Positions 50,701-62,021 of a stretch of DNA of 64,000 bases are shown here, piece by piece (position 1 is the first letter of the stretch; each line of letters opens with the position of its first letter). The stretch is from NCBI GenBank assembly GCA_965112735.1, contig OZ218960.1:2542001-2606000 (forward strand), in the 5' to 3' direction. Made by a program: the position numbers and the translations under genes. The stretch is from Phaeosaccion multiseriatum. Its lineage: Eukaryota; Protista; Ochrophyta, other classes. Under the pieces are notes generated by a model. It had not been told where the DNA came from. It was given only the letters and a program-made list of their open reading frames with translations, and did not search any database.

Positions 50701-53523
50701 GGAGACGTGTCGGTGACGGCTGGAGATGTGTCACTGGCGGCTGGCAATGTGCTGCTGACCGAAGGGTCCATCACAGCGAGTGCAGGAGACTTGGTGCTTG
50801 TGGCCGGCTCCATCACCGCCACCGCTGGCAACCTGGTCATGACGGAGGGCGATGTGATTGTGACAGCTGGAGACGTGTCGGTGACGGCTGGAGACGTGTC
50901 ACTGGCGGCTGGCAATGTGCTGTTGACCGAAGGGTCCATCACAGCGAGTGCGGGAGACTTGGTGCTTGTGGCCGGGTCCATCACCGCCACCGCTGGCAAC
51001 CTGGTCATGACGGAGGGCGATGTGATTGTGACAGCTGGAGACGTGTCGGTGACGGCTGGAGATGTGTCACTGGCGGCTGGCAATGTGCTGCTGACCGAAG
51101 GGTCCATCACCGCCAGTGCAGGAGACTTGGTGCTGGTGGCCGGGTCCATCACCGCCACCGCTGGCAACCTGGTCATGACGGAGGGCGATGTGATTGTGAC
51201 AGCTGGAGACGTGTCGGTGACAGCTGGAGATATGTCACTGGCGGCTGGCAATGTGCTGCTGACCGAAGGGTCCATCACAGCGAGTGCAGGAGACTTGGTG
51301 CTGGTGGCCGGATCCATCACCGCCACCGCAGGCAACCTGGTCATGACGGAGGGCGATGTGACTGTGACGGCTGGAGACGTGTCGGTGACGGCTGGAGACA
51401 TGTCACTGGCGGCTGGCAATGTGCTGCTGACCGAAGGGTCCATCACCGCGAGTGCAGGAGACCTGGTGCTTGTGGCCGGGTCCATCACCGCCACCGCTGG
51501 CAACCTGGTGATGACGGAGGGCGATATGATTGTGACAGCTGGAGACGTGTCGGTGACGGCTGGAGACGTGTCACTGGCGGCTGGCAATGTGCTGCTGACC
51601 GAAGGGTCTATCACAGCGAGTGCAGGAGACTTGGTGCTTGTGGCTGGCTCCATCACCGCCACCGCTGGCAACCTGGTCATGACGGAGGGCGATGTGATTG
51701 TGACGGCTGGAGATGTGTCGGTGACGGCTGGAGACGTGTCACTGGCGGCTGGCAATGTGCTGCTGACCGAAGGGTCCATCACAGCGAGTGCAGGAGACTT
51801 GGTGCTTGTGGCCGGATCCATCACCGCCACCGCTGGCAACCTGGTCATGACGGAGGGCGATGTGATTGTGACAGCTGGAGACGTGTCGGTGACAGCTGGA
51901 GATATGTCACTGGCGGCTGGCAATGTGCTGCTGACCGAAGGGTCCATCACAGCGAGTGCAGGAGACTTGGTGCTTGTGGCCGGGTCCATCACCGCCACCG
52001 CGGGCAACCTGGTCATGACGGAGGGCGATGTGATTGTGACAGCTGGAGACGTGTCGGTGACGGCTGGAGACATGTCACTGGCGGCTGGCAATGTGCTGCT
52101 GACCGAAGGGTCCATCACCGCGAGTGCAGGAGACTTGGTGCTTGTGGCTGGCTCCATCACCGCCACCGCTGGTAACCTGGTCATGACGGAGGGCGATGTG
52201 ATTGTGACAGCTGGAGACGTGTCGGTGACGGCTGGAGACATGTCACTGGCGGCTGGCAATGTGCTGCTGACCGAAGGGTCCATCACAGCAAGTGCAGGAG
52301 ACTTGGTGCTTGTGGCAGGCTCCATCACCGCCACCGCTGGCAACCTGGTCATGACGGAGGGCGATGTGATTGTGACGGCTGGAGACGTGTCACTGGCGGC
52401 TGGCAATGTGCTCCTGACGGAAGGGTCCATCACAGCGAGTGCAGGAGACTTGGTGCTGGTGGCTGGCTCCATCACCGCCACGGCAGGCAATCTCGTGATG
52501 ACGGAGGGTGATGTTATCATGACGGAAGGCTCCATTACCGCGAGTGCAGGAGACCTGGTGCTTGTGGCTGGCTCCATCACCGCCACGGCAGGTAACTTGG
52601 TCATGACGGAGGGCGACGTCATGTTGACACAAGGCTCAATCACCGCCAGTGCAGGAGACCTGGTGCTGGTCGCAGGGTCCATCACGGCTACCGCAGGTAA
52701 CTTGGTGATGAGCCAGGGTGATGTGATAGTGACGGCGGGCTCTGTAACAGCCTCGGCGGGCGACGTGACTGCCGTGAGCTTCGTGACAGCGTCCGATCGA
52801 AGGCTGAAGGAATCAATCACTCCGCTCAAGGGTGTTTTGGAGGACCTGGTGCAATTGACGGGCGTGTCTTTCCAATGGAAACCCGAGGCCCCGGGCTACC
52901 TGTCCAAGGGGTCGTTGAAGCAGCTTGGTTTCATCGCGCAAGACGTCGAGGACGTCTTCCCTCTTCTCGTACATAAGCCTGATGTACATAGCGATGGGGA
53001 GGAGGCGAACGCGAGGGCGGAAGAGAGGGGGGAGAGAGGGGATGAGTGGGGAAGTTTTCTGACGGTGAACTACCCGGGCTTCATCCCTCTGGTAGTGGAG
53101 GGTATCAAGGACCTTCGGGACCTGGCGGTGAAGCAAGCCGCGGAGATTGAAGAGCTCAGGGAGAGAATTGGGGCTTTGGAGGCATCGATGCAGACGTTGT
53201 TGCTGAATCAGCAGCAGAAGTTGGTGGTACAGCAGGAGGAGGAGGCGGAGGCGGAGGAGGAGGAGGAGGAGGAGGAGGAGGAGGAGGAGGAGGAGGAGGA
53301 GGAGGAGGAGGAGAAGGAGGAGGAGGAGGAGGGGGGGGAGAATGTCTTGAGTGGAGCGCATCACTTGCAGCAGCAAAGACCCCCAAGGAGGCCACCGAGG
53401 ACGGCGCCAGCGCCAGCACAACGACACCGACAAGTCAAGCAGAAGCAAGTGGTGATACAGCAGGATGATGAGGAGGAGGGTGACGAAGGTTTCCAAGTCG
53501 AGGACGATAGACCGCAGCAGTAG
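41245..53523 (+). CDS. ~2,837-aa secreted fibre protein: signal peptide, Sig/Ocm (mastigoneme)-type EGF modules, 278 heptad beta repeats, Peptidase S74 intramolecular chaperone, coiled coil and acidic tail. Exons 41245-41443, 41724-41876, 42429-42700, 43166-43235, 43448-43729, 43980-44054, 44759-44880, 45350-45578, 46123-46434, 46724-53523 (alternative in-frame ATG at 40801)
   Basis: EGF region: LLLVLLLPPLLVQA-ACPNLCSGHGECG, CPEGPAWADKA, ECSNAGTCNRATGRCQCF, WDAD..MCVCD..FGPDCSSRMCPKGDDP, CSRRGLCNFGTGICSCFDGYAGSAC. S74 motifs: SDRRLKESI, GVSFQWK, LGFIAQDVEDVFPLLV, LTVNYPGFIPLVVEGIKDL. All 9 introns are GT-AG and in phase (8514 coding nt). Confidence 0.9.
45627..45893 (+). repeat. Near-perfect intronic (GAG)n run (~85 units); similar tracts at ~44075-44420 (intron), ~10335-10515 (intron) and in exons at 8190, 8550 and 53240
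   Basis: Directly visible. Confidence 0.95.
46900..52737 (+). repeat. Coding tandem array of 21-bp (7-aa) units: 10x105 bp, then 24x168 bp with 3x147 bp variants, then 3x105 bp
   Basis: 5838 bp = 278 x 21; unit lengths differ only by whole heptads; most variation is at third codon positions. Confidence 0.95.
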
Positions 53524-54440
53524 CTTGGCCCTCCCCTCCCCTCCAAGCCTGGCAGACTGACTGATCTAGCGCAGCAGCTCTGGCATCGGCCGTTACGGCT
53601 CAGGGACCAGCCGTTCGGGTATAAGGGAGTAATCCCTAGACGTTAGACTCACGACTTCCTGCAGCTGTTACATCCAGCTGCTGGCTGGGGGGGGACGTGG
53701 GCGCCCTAGCGGGGAAAGGGAAGCGGAGTCCGTCCGCTCTTGCTTGTTCAGCTAAGCTACACGAGTAAATAGGGCGGAGAGCGGAAAGGAAGAGAGCGGA
53801 GCGAGGAGGACCGGGCGTAAGGAAGGAAGGAACGAACGAAGGAAGGAAGGAAGGAAGAGTGAACGAGCCTTCGTCCTTCTGCTTGCTTTACAGTTGCTTC
53901 TGTGGTCACATTCGGTCGGCAACGTGGCGCATGTACATTGATTGGCCAGGAGGAGAGGCAGCGCGTGATCAGCAGCCCAGGGGGGTTGGGTGAGGATTCC
54001 GTGGGCCGCGGAAAGAAGGAAGAGAGGGGCCTGCCGGTCTGAAACTTCGCCCGAGCCTCCCCGCAACAACTCACCACATGTGGATAGGAGACTACCCATA
54101 TGATGATGATTGGGCCAGACCGACCAAAGGCGCGCGTGCCAGACAGGCGGACTGGCGGGCAGCGTGAATGATGAATGATGAGAGTGAATTTGTCAGGAAA
54201 CCAAATTAAATTTTACTCCGCCGTACGGTTTATTACTGTAGAAGCTATGGACAGCTTTGGCTCCTCTCCTCTGTCCTCCTACCCACCACCACCTTCTCAG
54301 TTCTTGGAAGTCCAGGACAAAGAGCGAACAGAGGGTGCAGAAACAGGAAACAGGCCGCAGCGCTTGCGGGGCTCTTTGGCTGAGTGACAGCAGCGATGCA
54401 TGCTGCATGCTCCACCGCCGCTCGGCTGCTCATCGACATA

Positions 54441-54442
<2 letters not shown>

Positions 54443-54498
<56 letters not shown>
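54443..54498. repeat. (TA)n microsatellite
   Basis: Directly visible. Confidence 0.95.
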
Positions 54499-54501
<3 letters not shown>

Positions 54502-55374
54502 AGTCCAGCTCGCGTGGCCTTGCGGTTCGCCGCGATGCTGTTGGTATCTCTCCTTCGCTACATCTACGTACATCACCAGAGCAGCGACCACTTGTTCACA
54601 CGCCCGACCGACCGAGCAGAGCGTTGTTTCGTTCTTTCGGTGACTGTCGGTCCAGCCCCCTGTGGCTGTGGTGACTGTCGGTCCAGCCCCCCGGCCCTTC
54701 CGCATGGAGAGGAAAAGAAAAAGCGCATTTGTATTTGTGCCATCTTGTTCCTTTCTTTCTTCCTTCCCTCCCCCCCCCCCCCCCAAAGAAACCCTTCGAA
54801 GGATCCCACGCGAGTGAGGAGTGCCGTACGGCGAGCCGCACCGCAGTCTCGCCCACAGCACATGAGAGAGCGCTTGACAATGCTTGACGATGCAACGTCA
54901 CTCCTTGGTGACAAATGCGGACCCGACTAACGCGCAGCCTGTGTACATCATGTGTATTGCGGTGTCGGAGCGGAGCCCCTCCAGCCTCTCTGTGCCTGTC
55001 GCTGTGCTGGGACGGGGAAACACCAGAGAGAGAGGGGGCGGGGAGAGAGAAGGAGGGAGAGAGAGAAGGAGACGGGGAGAGGGGGGTGCATACATAGAGA
55101 GGGGGGGCGAGGGAGAGAGAAGGAAGAGTCAGGAAACACAAAGCGGGCTGGATGTGAGGGAGCGGGGAAGTGGTTGGGGTGCGTGCCCGATGCATAGGGT
55201 TGTGTCAGTTTCTGACAGTTTGTACACGCGGAGCGGGCCTCAGAGTATGTGCATGACTCCGCAATGTAGTTCGGTAATCTCATGTAGAACTTATTGGTCA
55301 GATATCGATCATAGGCCGTCCGTGTGGGACACTGTACATACTCCTTCTCGACCCCCAAACACGCACGCACCAGT

Positions 55375-55852
55375 TTGGAAGCGCAGTTCCTCCCGCAACG
55401 AGGGTGTGGGCGTACTCATTTCTTCATCTTCTTCCTCCAGTCAGCCTACCTTGCAACCGGGGGCATTGATTGCCAGCCCGCTGCTGCGAATGCGGCCCCA
55501 GGAGAGCTCCATTCAATGAGTTTGTGGAGGAGGGACGAGGCTGGATGTGGAAGCGCGTCCCCGCAAGAGGGGGCGGCGCGTCCTCACTTCTTCATCTCCT
55601 CCCTCCAGTCAGCCTACTTTGTAGCCGGGGGGGGCGATTGCCTGCGTCCGCGGTCCCAAGAGAGCTCCATTCAGTCGTGGACGAGCTCATTCAGTCGTGG
55701 AGCTTGTGAACAAGGGGCGAGGCTCGATATGGAAGCGCGTCCGCGCAAGAGGGGGCGGCGCGTCCTCATTCCTTTACCTCCTCCCTCCAGTCAGCCTATG
55801 TTGCAGCCGGGGGCGTCGATTGCCAACCCGCTGCAGCGCCCGCGGTCCCAAG
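55375..55852. repeat. Three degenerate tandem ~175-bp repeats upstream of nad11b
   Basis: GGAAGCGC...CGCAA.GAGGG...CTCA.TTC...CTCCAGTCAGCCTA...GCCGGGGG...GATTGCC recurs at ~55377, ~55549 and ~55731. Confidence 0.8.
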
Positions 55853-56028
55853 AGAGACGGAAAAGAAAGGGAGGATGGAGGATGGCGAGATTGGCGAGGA
55901 GGGGCCCAAGAAGCTGAAACGGAAACTGCTGGACGCCCCCGGGAGACAAGGGGGGGACAAGCGAGGGCAGTTGATAGCGAGAAAGGAGACGCCTTTTCCT
56001 TTCCTCTGCTGCAGGGGGAGGAGTGGCA

Positions 56029-56959
56029 ATGGCGCAAGTCATGGGGCGGAAAGCGGGTTTGGCGGCGCTGGCCGGGTTGGAAAGCCGAGCGTCCACATCA
56101 GGACTGTCGTGTGTAGCAGGTGCAGCAAAAGGAGCAGGAGCACCAGGGGGAGGGGGGAGGAGGCATCTCGGCGCGCTGACTTCGAAGCCCTATGCATATA
56201 CGGCACGGCCATGGGAGCTCAAGAATAGACACAGCATCGACATCACTGATGGGATTGGCTCCAACATCAGGGTGGACTACCGAGACACCGAGGTGCGAGA
56301 GCTATGTGAACCGGGGCTGGGCAAGCGAGGGGCGTGGTGGTTGGCATCATTCCAGGGTGGTTGGCTTCTTGCTGGGGTGCTTGGCTTCATTAACCAGTAG
56401 TACGCAGGGCTGGGCTGTGTGTGTTTGGTTTTTCTTCTGTTCGTGTTTGCCCTCTCCTGCTGCACCCCACCCCTGCTCTCGCGCGTTCCGCAAACCTGCT
56501 GCTCTCATTCTTTCTTCCAAATAGAGTGCATGCATACTATGCAGAGAAGCAGTGATGGGAGGGAGAGGTGACTGATTGTCAGGCTGATGTGTACAACGTT
56601 GAGAGGGGGAGTTTCTCCGTGTACTTTGTTCTCGATGGGCTTGTGTGTGCCTTTATAGCCCATCCTCCTTCTTTATAGCAGTGCACTGAGAACTGCTGCA
56701 ACATTATGTACGACGGCATGAACTGCTGTACCATCACGTACGATTGCATGAACGATTGCGCAACGATAGGTGATGCGTATATTGCCCCGCCGCAACGACG
56801 ACATCAACCTGGAGTGGATCTCGGACAAGGCCCGCTGGCACTACGATGGGCTCAAGAGGCAGCGACTAGATGTTCCCCTGGCCGACGCACAGGTGCTCAA
56901 CTGGAAGCAAGCCCTCGACCGCGGCGCAGACGTGAGTATGTATGAGTGAAAGATAGAGA

Positions 56960-56991
<32 letters not shown>

Positions 56992-57018
56992 GCAGAGAGA
57001 GAGATAGATAGGTTGATG

Positions 57019-57062
<44 letters not shown>

Positions 57063-60000
57063 ACAGCGGGGCGTGACTTGGCCACTGCTCTCTCCTCGTA
57101 GGCTTCGCGTGCTCTTTGTACGAACAGCCCCCCCCGCCTGCGCCTCCCTTGTTCTCTACCCTCACCCCCACCCTATCCGTCTCGCGCTGGTTGGCTTCTC
57201 ATGGTCCACAACCTCACAACCAACCACCGCACTGCCGACCTCCACCCGCCTCTCTCCATCCCTCCCTCTGCCCGAAATGGGGAATTGAATGTGTGTGGAA
57301 TAACATGCATGCATGGCAAACATTCATATGGCACAACACAACCAACAACGCCAGCTCCTGGCCGGGCCCGACACAGTGTTTGTGGTGGGTGATACCGTCG
57401 ATATGGAAACCATGACCATGGCCAAGGATGTAGCGAGAGCCATGGGGAGCCGAATCGTGACGGAGACGCCTCATGCTGACAATGTGGACCTGCAGCACCA
57501 CTATCAGAGCGAGATGAGCATGAATGACGTGTCGGAGAAGGCTGACGTGGTGTTGTTTGTGGGCATGAACCCTCGGCTAGAGGGCTTGCTGCTGTCAATG
57601 AGGATGCGCTACCACTGGCGGATGGGAGACTTTTACGCCGCCGGAGTTGGAGGTATGGATACGGACGAGAGCAATAGATTGATTGATTGATGGATTGATA
57701 GAAAGATGGATTCATGTCATCGGAAGGAGTGGGCTCCCAAGGGGGGGTAGTTAGGGTGGTTCGGTAGTTGTCCCCATAGACCTGTCTACCTGCCTTGCCT
57801 GTCTACCTGTCTGTCTATCTGTCTGCCTGCCTGTCTATCTGCCCGTCTGCGTGCCTGTCTGCCTGTCTTCCCGTCTGCCTGCCTGTCCAGATGTGTGGTG
57901 CTGCTGCTCTGCTGTCGTCTTTGGGTTCGTTCGGATCGGGTGTCTGCTTCCTTCTTCCTTCTGTTCTTCTCTAACGGGGAGGAGGCCGAAGCGTTGAGTG
58001 AAGTCTCGTGCGTGTCGCCCCTCACGCCCTCCTAATCATGCTCCACCTCTACTCTACCTTTGTCTTGATGTCTCTTCTCTCCTACGACCTCTTCATCGGT
58101 GGGATGCATCATCCTCATCGTCATCCTCATCCTCCTCATCATCATCACCATCACCACCACCATCATCATCATCATCATCCCTCCACAGGCACCTACGACC
58201 AATCTTTCCCCGTCGATTGGATCGGCGTAACGCCCGAGGCTCTCATCAAAATCGCAGAGGGAAAGCACCCCGTCAGTGCCAAGCTTGCCCAGGCGTCGAA
58301 CCCTGTTGTCATGTACAGCCAATCTGTGTACAACCGAGTGGGAACGGACAGCGCCGACCTTCAAAGGGTGCTTCGCTCGCTCAAGCTGCGCGGTGTCACC
58401 CCTGTTCCCTTCTCCATGACGGCTTCCCAAACGGGCGCCAGCGCACTGGGCATTCGGCACTGCCCCAAGGCGATTGCCTCTGCCAAGGCGGTGTACATGA
58501 TTGGCTGCAATCACACTGAGCGCATCTCGGACCTCAAGCGTGCCAACAAGGACGTCAAGATTGTGTACCAGGTAAGGCGGTGCGGTGAGGCGGTGCCGTA
58601 ACAGGGGTGGTGATAGACCGGTAGACCGTCCGTGAGGATGCCAAGCTATGCTAAGCTTTGCCCTGCTAGGCTACGGAGTCAATTTCTGGGGAAGGAGCGT
58701 CGTAAAAGTCTCCTCCGTCTCCTCGGTCTGCTTTGTTGCTGTTGTTGCTGTTGCTGTTGCTGTTACTTTTGTTTCCCGATGCCCCTCCCCCTCCCCCTCT
58801 GCTCTGTGGACCTGCGACAAACCTCCTCGCACCTATGTTGCTGCCCCGATGAAACACAACAAAACAAAACCAAACCAAACCAACAATCAAACTCCAACCC
58901 AAACTCCAACTGCCCCCCAGGGTACGCACGGAGACGAGCATGTGGCTCTGGCGGACTTGATTCTGCCCGGCGCTGCCTACGTGGAGCAGGTGGGTGGGGG
59001 GTGGACAGCACCACCGCACTTGTGTGCTTTTGTTGGAGTTTGAGTTCATTGGACCCTGTCCGTTCCAGCACCCTAAAGCGTCTTGCTTACCTTCCTACAT
59101 CGAGATGAATATCGTATATGCTCCCTTTATCGCTCACTCAATCACTCACTCACTCACCCCGCCCTTTCTCCCTCTCGCCTCCCTCCCTCCCTCCCTTCCT
59201 TCCCTCACTGCCTGCCTTCCTCCCTCTCTCCCTCCCTCCCTCCCTCCCCTCACAGGTGGGCACATACATGAACTTCGAAGGAAGGCCGCAGCAGACAGGT
59301 CTAGCCCTGCCCCCCCCGCAGCTGGCCAGAGAGGACTGGGCGGTGCTCAGGGCCGTGGCAGGGGCCGTCAAGGAGAAGCAGGAGGCGGCGGGCACATGCA
59401 AGGGTCACTTTGATCACGTACTGGAGATGGAGAGCAAGGAGCAGGTCGGTATCGTGCTTGGACTCATGGAGTGGGGGGCTGTGAATGTATGTATGTACGC
59501 GTGCGTGTGGTGCGGCGTGCCGGCGGGCGGGCGGGCATGCGGGCTTGTGGGCTTGCTTTTTATGGATTTTTTGATTGTGACGGAGACTGGGCGACTGACT
59601 GAGAGAGAAGAGAAGAGTTTTGGAGCCGAGTCTCGCAAGCGTTTCGGGCGGGCAGACCCGCATCCCATCCTCTCAACGACTCATGTCCTCACCCATGTTT
59701 GCTGCCTCTCCTTCCTTCCTTGCTTCCTTGCTTGCCCTGCTCCTCTCTCTCTCTCCGCCCCGCCTCCATCCACACCCACACCCACACCCACACCCTTCCT
59801 CCTCCGACACCCAACCCAACCCAAACCAAAACCAAAACCAAAAAATGCACAGGTTGTTGCTCGGATGCACGAGCTCGTACCAGCGACCGCCAACCCCTCC
59901 AAGCGAGAGACGAGCAGCTTTTCAGTCGAGCTGGCAGAGGGCGTCGCCAAGACCACCCTGGAGGGTAAGGACGGGGCGGCGTGCAAGGTGTATAACACAC

Positions 60001-60182
60001 CGCTCAAGCCCGGCGTGGTGGACTTCCACCGCACAGACCAAATGTGCAAGGCTTCCCACACGATGGCAGCCATGTCTCGGCAGCTGAGGACGGAAGAGCA
60101 CAACTACCTGTCTTTCGAGCGATTCTGGGTGCACAGGAACTTTAAGGAGATGAAGGAGAGGGAGATGAAGGGACAGCAATAG
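56029..60182 (+). CDS. nad11b: Nuclear-encoded C-terminal half of the complex I 75-kDa subunit (nad11b / NDUFS1-NuoG C-half) with a mitochondrial presequence. Exons 56029-56292, 56770-56931, 57355-57652, 58189-58571, 58921-58989, 59256-59444, 59853-60182
   Basis: [122 protein letters not shown]. Preceded by an Ala/Gly/Arg-rich presequence; no Fe-S domains. Confidence 0.93.
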
Positions 60183-60235
60183 ATGTGGGGCGCGAGAGGG
60201 GACTCCTGTCAAGAAGCGCTGCGCTCTGTCCCGCC

Positions 60236-60268
<33 letters not shown>

Positions 60269-61518
60269 GGCAACCTGGCAAATGGACGAGCGAAGGAGGT
60301 GGATGTGGAGGGAGGGGGGGTGGAGGCGAGATGCCCTGCTCTGAGCTGATTTTGCCGTACCGTACCGCACCGCACCATCAGCGTGTCAGCGTGTAACGGT
60401 CGATGGTGTAGGCTTTGGACGCAGGCACTCTTGGTGCGGGCAATTTAGGCTGCAGGCCGCAGAGGAGAGGTGGGGAGGAGGAGCTCGGGGAGGGACGGGG
60501 GGGAGTCAGGCCGCGGCTGCTGTGGACCGAACGACCGAACGACCGAACGACCGACCGACTCTATTGACCCTTTGCTTTGTTGCAGCAGAAGATGCTTTTA
60601 TCGCGTGCCAAGCTGTTTGGTTTGGTGATCATTGACTCTGCTATCAAGTCTAAGTATGGGTGTGGTGTGTAGGGTAGGGTGTCTTCGTGTTTGCTTTGGC
60701 TTGGTGTTCTCCCTTGAAAATGTTTTATTATAATTTATTCCTTAAGTCTTAGCTCCTTTGTACCAATCATCGAAGTACCAATCATCGAAAACCTCGCCCA
60801 ACCCACTTGCAAATCGAGGTTTGTCTGTCGTGCGGTTTGAGAGACAAACTCGTTATCTCCCTGACTGACTGACGTCCATTCCCTGCCCCCTTGGAAGCAC
60901 GAAGAAAGCGGGGCAAAGATGGCACTCTGAAACCGCTCGGGACTGGCCTGCTCAGCTCCAAGACTATACACACTACCGGGGGGCCCTCACTCCCTCAAAC
61001 GAGCCTCAAATGAGGGTGGATGGAAGCATCAACAGTGGAGCAGACCTCTTGATTTGCTTGAGTTTCAGCAGCTTTCCTGCCTCACCCACCTACCTCCTGC
61101 TGCAACAAGTTTGCTCTCATATTCAAGGATAGGAAAGAGGAGAGCGGTGAGCGCAGCGCTTGACTCTCCAATCGCTCACTCCAGACACACGGCGTTGAAG
61201 CGAAACCACCCACACCCCCCTTCTCTGCCGTTTCCTCCATCTCTCCCTCTTTCCTCCCCGCCGAAAGCACGAGCCCTAGCACAAGCAATAGGCAACACCA
61301 CAAGAGCGGCAGCACTGAATCATCCAATCCACCAATGCAATGGCCGATTGACAGGCACAATGCTTCCTCCGCACCTCGACTCCGCACGTTTGCTGCCATG
61401 CCGTGCCATTGGACCACCTCTTTCCGCTCCTCTCTCCTTTCCTCCTCCCCTCCTTTATGCGCTATCCCTTCCCAGGGCTCCATCGACCGCCCTCATCGGC
61501 CTACTCCCCTTCATTCAC

Positions 61519-61884
61519 TCAGTACATGAAGGAAGGCGCCCCTCCAGCGTTGGTCCTGGGCTTGCGAATCTTTTCCATATTCTTCTCAATCATGTCGAAA
61601 GTGTACAGTAGAGAGTTGCGTGTCGACTTGAGGGAGGTGTACAGGTGGAGATAAAATTTCAAGTCGATGGCCACCACTGCCAGCTTCTGATCCTCCGTCA
61701 CGAAGGGTGTGGTCTTGGTCTGGGAATCGCTATTCGTCTTTGAGGAAGAAACCTGTGCGTGTGTGTGTGCGTGTGTGTGTGGGTGGGTGTGGGTGGGTGT
61801 GAGTGGGTGTGCGTTCGTGTGCGGGGGTGAGCAAGCCAGCAGCATGGGAGTATTGTATGGGTCAAGGGGCGGTTGTTGGCGTGA

Positions 61885-61932
<48 letters not shown>

Positions 61933-61971
61933 AAGAGGGACAGATAGGGAGAGAGAGGTGCACAGAGAGAA

Positions 61972-62021
<50 letters not shown>

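Noticed and set aside
46900-52737. Regular repeat array resembling a CRISPR or satellite
   Set aside because: No unique spacers and no cas genes; it is an in-frame coding repeat in a eukaryotic gene.
46731-52829. 2032-aa antisense ORF (and the 389-aa ORF at 46891-48060)
   Set aside because: Shadow of the repetitive + strand exon. Synonymous variation, the splice acceptor and the S74 domain all support the + frame.
52792-53200. Prophage or bacterial contamination suggested by the tail-fibre chaperone domain
   Set aside because: The domain is in the last exon of an intron-rich gene and runs into the host-typical (GAG)n tract; there are no other phage genes.
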